Position numbers and translations under genes: made by a program
Shown: piece after piece, positions 40,028 to 51,427 of the stretch
How the letters are laid out: every line of letters begins with the position of its first letter
Numbering within the stretch: position 1 is the first letter of the stretch
Notes under the pieces: model-generated
The model's database searches: none
Told to the model about the DNA's origin: nothing
Seen by the model: only the letters and a program-made list of their open reading frames with translations
DNA from: Alphaproteobacteria bacterium casp-alpha6
GTDB lineage: Bacteria; Pseudomonadota; Alphaproteobacteria; Rhodobacterales; Rhodobacteraceae
NCBI GenBank assembly: GCA_001510135.1
Contig: LFER01000063.1
Coordinates: 6,879-70,878 of the forward strand
Direction: 5' to 3'
Length of the DNA stretch: 64,000 nt

Positions 40028-41638
40028 CTATTGATGCTGCACGAGCCGATTAAGCAACATTACGGGTATGAGGCCTGCGCAGATAATGATTAAGGCAGGC
40101 AGCGCGGCCTGATCCATCAACTCACTATGGGCAAATTGATAGGCATAAGTTGCCAAAGTATCGAAATCAAATGGGCGAAGCAAAAGCGTCATGGGCAGCT
40201 CTTTCATTATGTCGACAAAGGCCAGAACGCATCCCGCCAGAAGCGCATTGCGCATTAAAGGCAATGTCACGCGACGCGCTGTCTGATGCGGACCCATACC
40301 AAGTGACCGGCTACAACTGATCAAGTTCATTGGAATTTTGGTTAAACCAGACGACACGGCCCCGTATCCTACGGCTTGAAATCGAACGAGATATGCAAAA
40401 AACAATGCCCAGAGTGTCCCAGCGAAATAAAGCGATGTCCGTTCAAGTAAACCATCCGCAAAAGAAAGGCATGTCAAAACCCCCAAGGCGAGCATCGTCC
40501 CTGGAAAAGCGTATCCTGCAGCTGATAAATTGGCGATCATCTGCAGCGCTTTGTTGTGACTCATTTTCGCCGCGCTTCCCATAACGATCGCGCTTCCCAT
40601 GATCACAAACGCACCGACGAGCGAAACAAAAATACTGTTCCCAAAGCTGTCCAATACATCAGAGAAAGTCGTGAGGACCGGCGCATTGACAACATTATAA
40701 AACAGGATCGAAACCGGAATTAAAAATCCAAATGCCACAGGAAGCAGACAAAGGATCACGAGAAAAGTTGTTTTTTTTCGACCTACAGGCTTTAAATCGT
40801 AAGGAACATGTCGTCGGCCCGTGTCGTTAAACCGTCTATCCCCACGCGCATAAAACTCTAAAAATAAAAGAAAAATGATGAGTCCGAACGTCAAAGTGGC
40901 AAGCTGTGCCGCCCCAATGACACTGTTCATCCCTATCCAAAGATTAAATATGCCCAATGTCAGAGTTTGCACCGCAAAATATTCAACGGTTCCAAAATCA
41001 GAAACGACTTCCATCAAAACAAGCGCCAAACCGGCCACGATAGCAGGTCGTGCCAAAGGAAGACAAACACCCCAAAATACATTGCGATCAGATAGGGCGG
41101 CCACCTCGTAAAAACTTGCGGGGATTTTCTGAAATGCGGTTCGGGCGAGCAAATAAATATAGGGATATAGCACCGATGATAGAACAAATATCGCACCTCC
41201 CATCGAACGTATTTCAGGGAAATAATAATCTTGTGCGGTTTTCCAACCCATCAATTGACGCAATGCGCCCTGTATGGGGCCGGCGTATTCAAAGACATCT
41301 GTATAGGCATAGGCCACCAGATATGCAGGACAGGCCATCGGCAAAAGCATAACAACATCAAACCAGCGCGATAAACCCAACTGATAACGTGACACAATCC
41401 ACGCAGCTCCCACACCGAAAAAGAGCGACAGACAGGCGACGCCAACCATCAAGCCGGCAGTATTGGCAAGGTATCGTCCCAAGACGGTGGACAAAAGATG
41501 TGGCCAGATCCCCTCACTGTCCCCCAGGGCGAGGACAGCAAGAGCGGCAATCGGACAAAGGAGAAGAGCACCTAAAAGAAAAACACTCGCCGACTTCAGA
41601 TCGAAATCACGAAGATAGGAAGCGACAGCGGTTACCAT
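40028..41638 (-). CDS. fbpB: Fe(3+) ABC transporter permease (fused double permease)
   Basis: 536-aa polytopic ORF with two tandem binding-protein-dependent permease domains. 7-nt overlap with the upstream FbpA-like gene. Confidence 0.8.
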   Translation of the reverse strand: MVTAVASYLRDFDLKSASVFLLGALLLCPIAALAVLALGDSEGIWPHLLSTVLGRYLANTAGLMVGVACLSLFFGVGAAWIVSRYQLGLSRWFDVVMLLPMACPAYLVAYAYTDVFEYAGPIQGALRQLMGWKTAQDYYFPEIRSMGGAIFVLSSVLYPYIYLLARTAFQKIPASFYEVAALSDRNVFWGVCLPLARPAIVAGLALVLMEVVSDFGTVEYFAVQTLTLGIFNLWIGMNSVIGAAQLATLTFGLIIFLLFLEFYARGDRRFNDTGRRHVPYDLKPVGRKKTTFLVILCLLPVAFGFLIPVSILFYNVVNAPVLTTFSDVLDSFGNSIFVSLVGAFVIMGSAIVMGSAAKMSHNKALQMIANLSAAGYAFPGTMLALGVLTCLSFADGLLERTSLYFAGTLWALFFAYLVRFQAVGYGAVSSGLTKIPMNLISCSRSLGMGPHQTARRVTLPLMRNALLAGCVLAFVDIMKELPMTLLLRPFDFDTLATYAYQFAHSELMDQAALPALIIICAGLIPVMLLNRLVQHQ

Positions 41639-42651
41639 CCGACCCGATCAATCATCATTTGTGCTTCGCGTGATAAATCCGCAATTTTCTGAATGGGCAG
41701 TTGATCTTCTTTAAAAGTACCCCACGACGCCAGTTCTCCATCAACAAGGACAGCCGGGTTGACAGGGTATTCATAGTTCACTTCACCATAGAGTTTCTGT
41801 GACGTCGCTTCGCTCAGAAATTCAAGAAGCTTTATGGCCGCCTCTTTGTTTTTGGAGTGGATAGCAACACCTCCCCCAGACACATTGATATGGGCGCCAC
41901 GATCGTTTTCTTCCTGATTTGGAAAAACGATATTCATTGCATCAGCCCATGCTCTTTGCTCTGCATCCTCAGAAAATTTCATATTTCCATAATAATAGCT
42001 GTTGATCAACGCCACATCGCATACGCCTTCATAAATCGCTTTTACCTGAGCACGATCATTCCCTTGAGGTTTGCGGGCCAGATTGGCAACAAGTCCCTTA
42101 GCCCATTCTTCTGCCGCTTCGGACCCATGGTGCGCAATTATAGACGCCATCAGAGCGCGGTTATAAACGTGACTTCCGGGTCTGGTACAAATGCGTCCTT
42201 TCCATTTTGGATCCGCCAGATCTTCGATGCGCGTGATCTCAGCTGCCCCGACGCGATCTTTGGATGTTGCCAAAATTCGGGATCTTTTTGACAGGGCGAA
42301 CCATGTATTTTCAGGCGATCTAAGGTGAGCCGGAATATTTTTTTCCAATGTTGCGGAGGCCGTCTTTGAAAGCAAGCCCATATCATCATAAACGCTGAGA
42401 CGTGCTATATCGACGGTAAGAACCACATCAGCAGGACTGTTGCGGCCTTCACTTTTAAGACGCTGCGCGAGACCTTTTTCGGAATAAAGAACTTTTGTCT
42501 TGATGCCGGTTTGATCTGTAAATGCCTTTAGAAACGGTTCAATCAGAAACGGTTCGCGCTGTGAATAGATGTTTAGGTCTTGTGCCTGCAGTGACTGTCC
42601 CATGCAGAGACCTGCCCATAGCCCTAAAGAGATAATAGTTTTCAGTTTCAT
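41632..42651 (-). CDS. fbpA: Fe(3+) ABC transporter substrate-binding protein
   Basis: 339-aa ORF with a signal peptide. ..RNSPADVVLT.., ..WFALSKRSR.., ..DPKWKGRI.., ..ALINSYYY.. and ..YEYPVNP.. parallel the FbpA/HitA ferric-binding proteins. Confidence 0.85.
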   Translation of the reverse strand: MKLKTIISLGLWAGLCMGQSLQAQDLNIYSQREPFLIEPFLKAFTDQTGIKTKVLYSEKGLAQRLKSEGRNSPADVVLTVDIARLSVYDDMGLLSKTASATLEKNIPAHLRSPENTWFALSKRSRILATSKDRVGAAEITRIEDLADPKWKGRICTRPGSHVYNRALMASIIAHHGSEAAEEWAKGLVANLARKPQGNDRAQVKAIYEGVCDVALINSYYYGNMKFSEDAEQRAWADAMNIVFPNQEENDRGAHINVSGGGVAIHSKNKEAAIKLLEFLSEATSQKLYGEVNYEYPVNPAVLVDGELASWGTFKEDQLPIQKIADLSREAQMMIDRVGW

Positions 42652-42886
42652 TTCGCTTACCTATTTCCAAAAATATCCCAAAACTGTGCCTAAGTGTCGA
42701 TACGCTTTCTGCAAAGCACTTACCGGTGTGACATGGCGCAATTTAAAGGAACTGTCAATCCTGATAGTTTTACTCAAGTATAATTTGGCAATCAAGACTT
42801 ACTCAGTTCTTGGCCTTTGCCACGGAAGGCTGTTAAGGATTTCACGAAAGCTGTTTTGCATTGTGCGAGTCGGAAAGGGCAAGACC

Positions 42887-43828
42887 ATGTCACCACGTAA
42901 AATTATTATTGACACAGACCCGGGTCAGGACGATGCCATTGCGATACTGCTCGCTCTGGCAAGCCCTGAGGAGATTGAGGTTCTGGGCATTACAGCCGTA
43001 GCAGGAAATGTCCCCCTTTCCCTCACAGAAAAAAATGCGCGCATCGTATGTGAATTGGCTGGCAAACCACAGGTTCGGGTTTTCGCGGGATGCGACGCGC
43101 CCCTATCGCGGCCCTTGATCACTGCGGAGCACGTCCATGGCAAAACGGGCCTTGATGGTCCTGTTCTGCCCGATCCACAAATGCCTTTGCAGGCCCAACA
43201 TGGTGTTGATTTCATTATTGAAACTATTCGGAACGCGCCCCTGAAAACCATCACGCTGTGCCCATTGGGACCATTGACGAATATCGCAAGCGCACTTCTC
43301 AAGGCACCAGATATTGCAGAACGAATAGAAGAAATCATTTTAATGGGAGGTGCCTATTTTGAGGTGGGCAATATTACACCCTCGGCAGAGTTTAACATTT
43401 ATGTCGACCCAGAGGCCGCTGATATCGTTTTTAAATCTGGAATATCACTAACTGTCATGCCACTTGACGTGACACATAAAGCCTTGGTCACGAAAGAACG
43501 CAATGATGCCTTTCGCGCCCTTGGCACCGCCGTCGGTGCAGCGACAGCGGACATGACCGATTTCTTTGAACGCTTTGACAAAGAAAAATATGGCAGCGCC
43601 GGTGCGCCCTTGCATGACCCATGCGTCACCGCCTATCTCATTAAACCAGAACTATTTAAGGGACGATATATTAACGTGATGATTGAAACAGAGTCAGAAT
43701 TAACATTGGGCATGACCGTTGCGGATTGGTGGCGCGTAACAAAAAGACCTGCAAACGCCACTTTTATGAACGATATTGATGCAGACGGGTTTTTTACCCT
43801 TCTAACGGAACGGCTGGGGCGCTTATGA
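42887..43828 (+). CDS. nucleoside hydrolase (IUNH family)
   Basis: Start moved from 42569 to ATG 42887. MSPRKIIIDTDPGQDDAIAILLAL carries the N-terminal DTDPGxDD aspartate cluster of inosine-uridine-preferring nucleoside hydrolases. Confidence 0.9.
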   Translation: MSPRKIIIDTDPGQDDAIAILLALASPEEIEVLGITAVAGNVPLSLTEKNARIVCELAGKPQVRVFAGCDAPLSRPLITAEHVHGKTGLDGPVLPDPQMPLQAQHGVDFIIETIRNAPLKTITLCPLGPLTNIASALLKAPDIAERIEEIILMGGAYFEVGNITPSAEFNIYVDPEAADIVFKSGISLTVMPLDVTHKALVTKERNDAFRALGTAVGAATADMTDFFERFDKEKYGSAGAPLHDPCVTAYLIKPELFKGRYINVMIETESELTLGMTVADWWRVTKRPANATFMNDIDADGFFTLLTERLGRL

Positions 43829-44271
43829 CTGCAATCCGACTTGCTACGTTTGACGACTTGCCACAATTGACCCCATTAGTCGCCGCCTTTCATCAAGAGG
43901 AAGGAATTGTTTCTGACCCAAAGCAGCGCGATCGTGCATTGATCCCTCTTTTGGAGGGAAGCCCACATGGGGCAGTCTACATGATCGGCCCACGCAATTC
44001 ACCAATGGGGTATGTCGTTTTCTCTTTTATCTGGTCCGTCGAATTTGGTGGCCTTGAGGCGATGGTTGACGAAGTCTACCTCCGTCATAATGTCCGCGGG
44101 AAAGGCATTGGAAAGTCTATCCTAAAACGACTTTTCAGAACAATGGCCGCTCACGGTGTGCACAGTCTGTCCCTTGAGGTTCACCACAAAAACGCCAAAG
44201 CAATCCAGTTTTACAAGGCTCTCGGATTTCGTTTGCGTCAGAATTACAGCCTGATGGCGATGGAAATGTGA
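43825..44271 (+). CDS. GNAT family N-acetyltransferase
   Basis: 148-aa ORF. Acetyl-CoA motif ..VRGKGIGKSILKRL.. and ..FYKALGF... ATGA-coupled to the hydrolase. Confidence 0.85.
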   Translation: MTAIRLATFDDLPQLTPLVAAFHQEEGIVSDPKQRDRALIPLLEGSPHGAVYMIGPRNSPMGYVVFSFIWSVEFGGLEAMVDEVYLRHNVRGKGIGKSILKRLFRTMAAHGVHSLSLEVHHKNAKAIQFYKALGFRLRQNYSLMAMEM

Positions 44272-45704
44272 TGGATACTGCGCCTCTCCCCCTCTCCATC
44301 CCCTTTGACAACAGTTATGCGAGCTTGCCTGATCAATTTTATTCGCGCCAGTCAGCAAGTACCGTGTCAAAACCTGAGCTGATCGCCTTTAATCGACCAT
44401 TAGCTGATCTTCTTGGCATTACGGGCGGGCAAGACAGTGAGTTGGCAGAAATATTTGGAGGAAATAAGATCACAGATGGCGCAGAACCGCTTTCGCAACT
44501 GTACGCGGGCCATCAATTTGGCCAATATAATCCGCAGCTTGGAGACGGCAGGGCTATTTTACTTGGCGAAACCATTGGTCGCGATGGTCAAAGGCGCGAT
44601 ATTCAACTCAAAGGATCAGGGCGCACACCCTATTCACGTGGCGGGGATGGGCGCGCTTGGCTTGGTCCGGTCTTGCGTGAATATGTGGTCTCAGAGGCAA
44701 TGCACGCGCTCGGCATCCCGACGACGCGTGCCTTGGCCGCCGTTTTAACCGGCGAACAAGTCATTCGGGAAAGTGTGCTTCCAGGTGCCGTTTTGACCCG
44801 CGTTGCTCAAAGTCATATCAGGGTTGGTACATTTCAAGTCTTTTCAGCACGCAAAGAATTTGATGCGCTGCGCCAACTTTTGCACTACACAATTGCGCGC
44901 CATTATCCTGAGACAGACGGACCATTGGGATTTTTAAAACGCGTGATTGAATCGCAGGCGCGCCTGATCCCGCAATGGATGGGCGTCGGATTTATCCATG
45001 GGGTCATGAATACGGACAATTGCCAGATCGCAGGGGAAACTATTGACTACGGTCCCTGTGCTTTTATGGACAGCTATCACCCGATGCAGCTCTTTTCCTC
45101 TATAGATCAATTTGGCAGGTATGCTTTTGGTAACCAGCCAGACATCATTGTCTGGAATATGGCTCAACTTGCCTCTGCTTTGGTTCCTTTGATGCCAGAT
45201 GCGCAGGACGCCATTGAACTTTTCACCAAAGCCGTCCATGACATGGTTCCCCTTCTTAAAAAGAATTGGATCAGAGTATTTTCAGCCAAGATAGGAATAT
45301 CTGACCCGCGCGAAGAGGACGAAATATTGATAAACGACCTCCTCAATTTAATGGCCGAAGGCCGCGCAGATTTTACGAATACTTTTGCCGCATTGGGAAC
45401 CGCAAAAGCGAGAGACGAATTCTTGGTCCCAGATAAATTTGATCTTTGGGAGGTGCGTTGGATGGAGCGGATCACCGGTTTGGATAATGTAGAGGAAACA
45501 CTATCGAAATCTAATCCGATACTCATTCCACGCAATCACCGCATCGAACAGATGATTCAGGCTGCGGTCTCTGGGGACTATTATCTTTTTCAAAGATTAT
45601 CAGAGGCTTACAGCGCACCTTTCACAAAAAATCACTCTTTTGATGACCTTAGACACCCACCAAATGACTCTGAAATCGTAAGGGCAACATTTTGTGGAAC
45701 CTAA
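44268..45704 (+). CDS. selO: protein adenylyltransferase SelO (YdiU family)
   Basis: 478-aa ORF (GTG 44268 or ATG 44271). ..QLYAGHQFGQYNPQLGDGRAILLGE.., ..LKGSGRTPYSRGGDGRA.. and ..HGVMNTDN.. match the SelO pseudokinase-fold AMPylator. Confidence 0.9.
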   Translation: MMDTAPLPLSIPFDNSYASLPDQFYSRQSASTVSKPELIAFNRPLADLLGITGGQDSELAEIFGGNKITDGAEPLSQLYAGHQFGQYNPQLGDGRAILLGETIGRDGQRRDIQLKGSGRTPYSRGGDGRAWLGPVLREYVVSEAMHALGIPTTRALAAVLTGEQVIRESVLPGAVLTRVAQSHIRVGTFQVFSARKEFDALRQLLHYTIARHYPETDGPLGFLKRVIESQARLIPQWMGVGFIHGVMNTDNCQIAGETIDYGPCAFMDSYHPMQLFSSIDQFGRYAFGNQPDIIVWNMAQLASALVPLMPDAQDAIELFTKAVHDMVPLLKKNWIRVFSAKIGISDPREEDEILINDLLNLMAEGRADFTNTFAALGTAKARDEFLVPDKFDLWEVRWMERITGLDNVEETLSKSNPILIPRNHRIEQMIQAAVSGDYYLFQRLSEAYSAPFTKNHSFDDLRHPPNDSEIVRATFCGT

Positions 45705-45749
45705 AGTACGCATAGTCATCCGCATCTGATCACTTGCGCTGAAGGGAAT

Positions 45750-46628
45750 TTATTTCCGGTTGATCAAAATCAACCCTGCTGTCACCAAAACCAGCGCAAA
45801 TACCAAATTCCAGCCAGCATTTTCTGCGAGAATAAGCCACCCAAGCGCAACCGATAAAACCGGAGCAAGAAAACTGAAAGACACCACAGACGATGCTTCA
45901 TAAATGCCAATGAGACGAAACCAGAGCAAAAACCCGTAGCTGGCGACAAAGACCTGAAACAGTAACCCCAATCCGTCAAACAGGTCGACCTCCCTCACGA
46001 ATGGCCCAAAAAACAGCGCGGATATCAACAGCAAAGGACCGGAGGCCAAAAGCTGTGCAAACAAAATGGTTTCTGCGCGTTCTTCGCTGATGCGCGTGAC
46101 ACGCGCACAAAGCGCAATTCCCGCCCAACCAAAGGCACCCACCAATGCCATAATATCCCCCGTCAGACTGGCCTCTCCCTCTTCCGGACGATCCAACAAA
46201 GCTAAAGCAACCCCAAGTATTGCAAAAATGAGCCCAAGAATTCTCTTCGGTGTTAAGGTTTCATTTGGTAATAAAAAATGAGCGCTGATTGCCAACCAGA
46301 TTGGCATTGTGTAAAATAACAGGCTAGCCCGAGAGACAGTGGTCCAATCAAGCGCCTGAAATAAAAGTACAAATTCAAAATAAAACAAAAACCCCATCAA
46401 AAGAGCAGACCAAATGTTATGCCGTTTGGGGAATAAGGCAATTTTTTGTGACCACATCCAAATTCCAAGCACGACGAGCGCAAGAAACGACCGGAGTGAC
46501 GCCATAAAGACCGGCTGCAATCCTCCACTCGTAAGTTTGATCACCACTTGATTAAATGCGAGGATCAGCGAGAAGCCCGAAAGCCAGACAGCCCCGCTGA
46601 CATCCATTTTCCTCTTTGCAATACTCAC
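45750..46628 (-). CDS. DMT superfamily (EamA-like) transporter
   Basis: 292-aa ORF, about 10 hydrophobic spans, two EamA-like halves. Confidence 0.8.
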   Translation of the reverse strand: MSIAKRKMDVSGAVWLSGFSLILAFNQVVIKLTSGGLQPVFMASLRSFLALVVLGIWMWSQKIALFPKRHNIWSALLMGFLFYFEFVLLFQALDWTTVSRASLLFYTMPIWLAISAHFLLPNETLTPKRILGLIFAILGVALALLDRPEEGEASLTGDIMALVGAFGWAGIALCARVTRISEERAETILFAQLLASGPLLLISALFFGPFVREVDLFDGLGLLFQVFVASYGFLLWFRLIGIYEASSVVSFSFLAPVLSVALGWLILAENAGWNLVFALVLVTAGLILINRK

Positions 46629-46806
46629 GGGTGTTCTCGGCCTCTGACGTTTTCTGCATTCGCGCAGCTATAGGAGAAGATTGCAAGCCTTTGCAGACAT
46701 TATTTGCCAAATTCAAAAATCAAATGTTGCTCTTTTCACCCTCAGCACTTTTCACCGCATCATTTTTCGATTATCCCGTTTTTTAACTACGGCAAGAGTG
46801 ATCAAA

Positions 46807-47220
46807 ATGAGCGATACAATTATTGAGCGCTGCGAAGCAAAAGGGCTTCGCATGACGGAACAACGCCGCATAATTGCTGATGTGTTAGAAGACAGCGAAG
46901 ATCATCCGGATGTGGAGGCTCTATATTTGCGCGCTTCAGAGAAAGACAACCGTATTTCACTGGCCACCGTTTATCGCACAGTCAAACTTTTTGAAGAAGC
47001 AGGGATTCTGGAACGTCTTGAATTTGGCGATGGACGCGCAAGGTATGAAGACGCGGAGCGCGATCATCACGATCATCTTATTGATCTTACGACCGGTGAA
47101 GTGATCGAATTTTTGGATCCGGACATCGAAGCCTTGCAGGAAAAAATTGCTGAAAAATACGGCTACACGCTCAAAGGTCATCGCCTTGAACTTTACGGTG
47201 TGCGTCGGGTGAAGGGATGA
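46807..47220 (+). CDS. Fur family transcriptional regulator, Irr-like
   Basis: Start moved to ATG 46807 (MSDTIIERCEAKGLRMTEQRRIIADVL..). ..ISLATVYRTVKLFEEAGI.. recognition helix. HHDH motif present and no CxxC pairs, as in alphaproteobacterial Irr rather than Fur or Zur. Confidence 0.8.
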   Translation: MSDTIIERCEAKGLRMTEQRRIIADVLEDSEDHPDVEALYLRASEKDNRISLATVYRTVKLFEEAGILERLEFGDGRARYEDAERDHHDHLIDLTTGEVIEFLDPDIEALQEKIAEKYGYTLKGHRLELYGVRRVKG

Positions 47221-47242
47221 CACCCTTGACAAGTGACACGCA

Positions 47243-48163
47243 GTGTCGCTTCATCGCAGAGTACTCACCTTTTGGTGTTCTAGGAACAGCACTGTGAAGG
47301 AAAATCTGCGCGGCATATTGTTCATGCTTTTGGCGATGGCAGGTTTTGCCATCGAAGACGGTATAATAAAAAGCCTTACAACCTCCCTGCCCGTTTCTGA
47401 AATCCTCATTGTCACCGGAGCCTTGGGTGCTTTGCTTTTTGCTGTGTTAGCGTTTGTTCGCAAAGACGCGTTAGTGTCTCGTGATATGTTTAGGAAAGCG
47501 TTTCTCATTCGTCTTCTGGCTGATATGCTTGCGCCTTTGTTTTTCATTTCTGCCTTGGCCTTGATCCCATTGTCGATGGCCTCCTCAATCCTTCAAGCGG
47601 TGCCAATCCTTGTTACGATGGGCGCTGCGCTATTGCTAGGACAACAGGTAGGGTGGCGGCGCTGGAGCGCCATTGGGGTTGGGTTTTTCGGGGTTTTGAT
47701 TATACTGCGTCCCGGGTTTGAAGGCTTTGAACCCGCTGCCGTTCTCGCCGTAATCGGGGCAATTTGTCTGGCCGCTCGCGATCTTGCGACGCGGGTATTG
47801 AAGTCAGATATTTCGACAGTCAGCATGACGGCCTATGCCTTTGCCGCTTCGGTCGTTGCAGGGGTGATATTGATCCCGACAGGAGCGCCTATGGAATCGC
47901 CGGACCCACATCAAACAATGTTGCTTCTATGCATCACCTTACTGGGTGGTTTGTCTTACAGTGCCATTGTGATGGCAACGCGGGATGGCGATGTCGCTGT
48001 TATCGCACCATTTCGGTATGCGCGGTTGGTTTTCGCGATGCTGATAGGAATTTTCTTTTTGGGGGAACGCCCCGATACGATGACATTTCTAGGGGCAGGT
48101 TTGGTCATTCTGTCAGGACTTTACACTTTCTGGCGGGAAAAAGTGACAGGAAAACCAACCTGA
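47243..48163 (+). CDS. DMT superfamily (EamA-like) transporter
   Basis: 306-aa ORF with 10 hydrophobic spans. The real start is probably near VKENLRGILFMLLAMAGFA. Confidence 0.8.
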   Translation: MSLHRRVLTFWCSRNSTVKENLRGILFMLLAMAGFAIEDGIIKSLTTSLPVSEILIVTGALGALLFAVLAFVRKDALVSRDMFRKAFLIRLLADMLAPLFFISALALIPLSMASSILQAVPILVTMGAALLLGQQVGWRRWSAIGVGFFGVLIILRPGFEGFEPAAVLAVIGAICLAARDLATRVLKSDISTVSMTAYAFAASVVAGVILIPTGAPMESPDPHQTMLLLCITLLGGLSYSAIVMATRDGDVAVIAPFRYARLVFAMLIGIFFLGERPDTMTFLGAGLVILSGLYTFWREKVTGKPT

Positions 48164-48226
48164 GCGCGACTGGTATTCACCAATCGTTGCTGGCATGCTC
48201 TGGTCTTTCGTCCATGAATAGCTTAA

Positions 48227-50094
<1,868 letters not shown>

Positions 50095-50098
<4 letters not shown>

Positions 50099-51291
50099 AG
50101 GCGGAAAAACAGTGCCTTTAAATATCCGCTTTCCGCGAGTTGCGGATGGATGGGGTGATCGGGGCCCGCAAAACCGGTGTGAATAAGACGAGAGGCACGC
50201 CCTGCTCTTGAGAGTCCGCGCAAGGAAGCCGCGCGGAATTTATCAAGATCCGCCGCGTGTGAACAGGAACACAGGCCCAGATAGCCTCCCTCTTTCACCA
50301 AAGGCGCTGCCATCCGCGCAAGTTTTTCATAGGCACGCAATCCTGCATCCAAGGCCTTTTTTGATGCAGCAAAGGCGGGTGGATCACAAATTACAACATC
50401 AAACTGCGCGCCTTCGTCTGCCAAGGCAGAAAGAACGTCAAAAGCATCCCCCCTGCGCGTCAAAAATCGATCTTCCACCCCCATGGCCTCTGCCCCCTGA
50501 CGCGCCAGAGTAAGCGCCGCTTCGGATCCGTCAACCGCCACTGCAGAGCTCGCGCCCGCCGCCAGTGCCGCCAAGCCAAATCCGCCGACATGGGAAAAAA
50601 CATCGAGCACCCGCGCCCCTTTGGCAAGGCGCGCGCCAAAGGCATGATTAGGACGTTGATCAAAGAACAATCCTGTTTTCTGACCATTAGCAAGATCCGC
50701 CATATAGATCGCACCATTCATTGACACGGGGATTGGCGCTTGCGGCCAATGACCTTTAAACAGGCTACTCTCAGCATCCAAACCTTCCAGCTTGCGGGCG
50801 CGTCCGGATGTATTTTTGATGACCGTGCGCAAAGGAATCACGGCGTCTAAAGCCTCGCAGATCAACTCAAATTCCCTATCTGCCCAGGCCGCATTTGGTT
50901 GGACGACACAGATATCACCAAAGCGATCGATAATGACGCCTGGCAACCCGTCTGCCTCTGCATGAACCAAACGATAAAAGGGTTGATCAAACAGGCGTTC
51001 GCGTAAATCAAAGGCGGCCGTCATCTTTGACGTCATCCAGCCAAGATCGACGTTTTGCGTTGGGTTTAGGTCAAGAATTCTAAGTGTAATCTTTGAATTT
51101 GCGTTAAAGGCGGCCGTGGCAAGGGGCATCCGGTTTGAAGATTGCACTTGAACGATGCTACCAGCATCTATTGATTTCGTACGCCGGTCCAGCACGAGTT
51201 GATTGTCATAAACCCAAGGATACCCTCGTTTTATTGGCAGATCAGACGTCTTTGGCTTTAACCGGACGATAGGTTTTGAATTTTCGCTCAT
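50095..51291 (-). CDS. RlmI-like class I SAM-dependent RNA methyltransferase
   Basis: 398-aa ORF. PUA-like N-terminal region (..IKRGYPWVYDNQL..), SAM motif VLDVFSHVGGFG and the catalytic-type motif VICDPPAFA, as in RlmI/RlmK-type m5C methyltransferases. Confidence 0.82.
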
Positions 51292-51390
51292 AGCGTCTCA
51301 TACGCTGTTTCTTTGCGGATCAAAAGGTTCTATCAAACACTAACTCTTGCAAAGCGTACCGGTTTAGGTTTAAGGCGGGTTAAGAAAAAA

Positions 51391-51402
51391 GTTAGCGCTA
51401 AC
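51391..51402. promoter_or_regulatory. candidate operator: perfect 12-bp palindrome GTTAGCGCTAAC upstream of edd
   Basis: Read directly in the 136-nt edd upstream region, ending 26 nt before the edd ATG. CG-centred palindromes of this form are typical of LacI-family operators. Confidence 0.45.
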
Positions 51403-51427
51403 ATCTGTTGAGCAAAAAGGAGAATAG

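Noticed and set aside
42770-42805. TTACTCA heptamer repeated 29 nt apart in the fbpA / nucleoside hydrolase divergent promoter, considered as an iron-regulator site
   Set aside because: One repeated 7-mer in a ~235-nt spacer is about what chance predicts. I cannot reliably recall a matching Fur, Irr or IscR consensus.
42569-42886. Upstream extension of the nucleoside hydrolase ORF
   Set aside because: It overlaps the fbpA start and the divergent promoter region, and the translation is not protein-like. The conserved DTDPGxDD N-terminus starts at Met-107.
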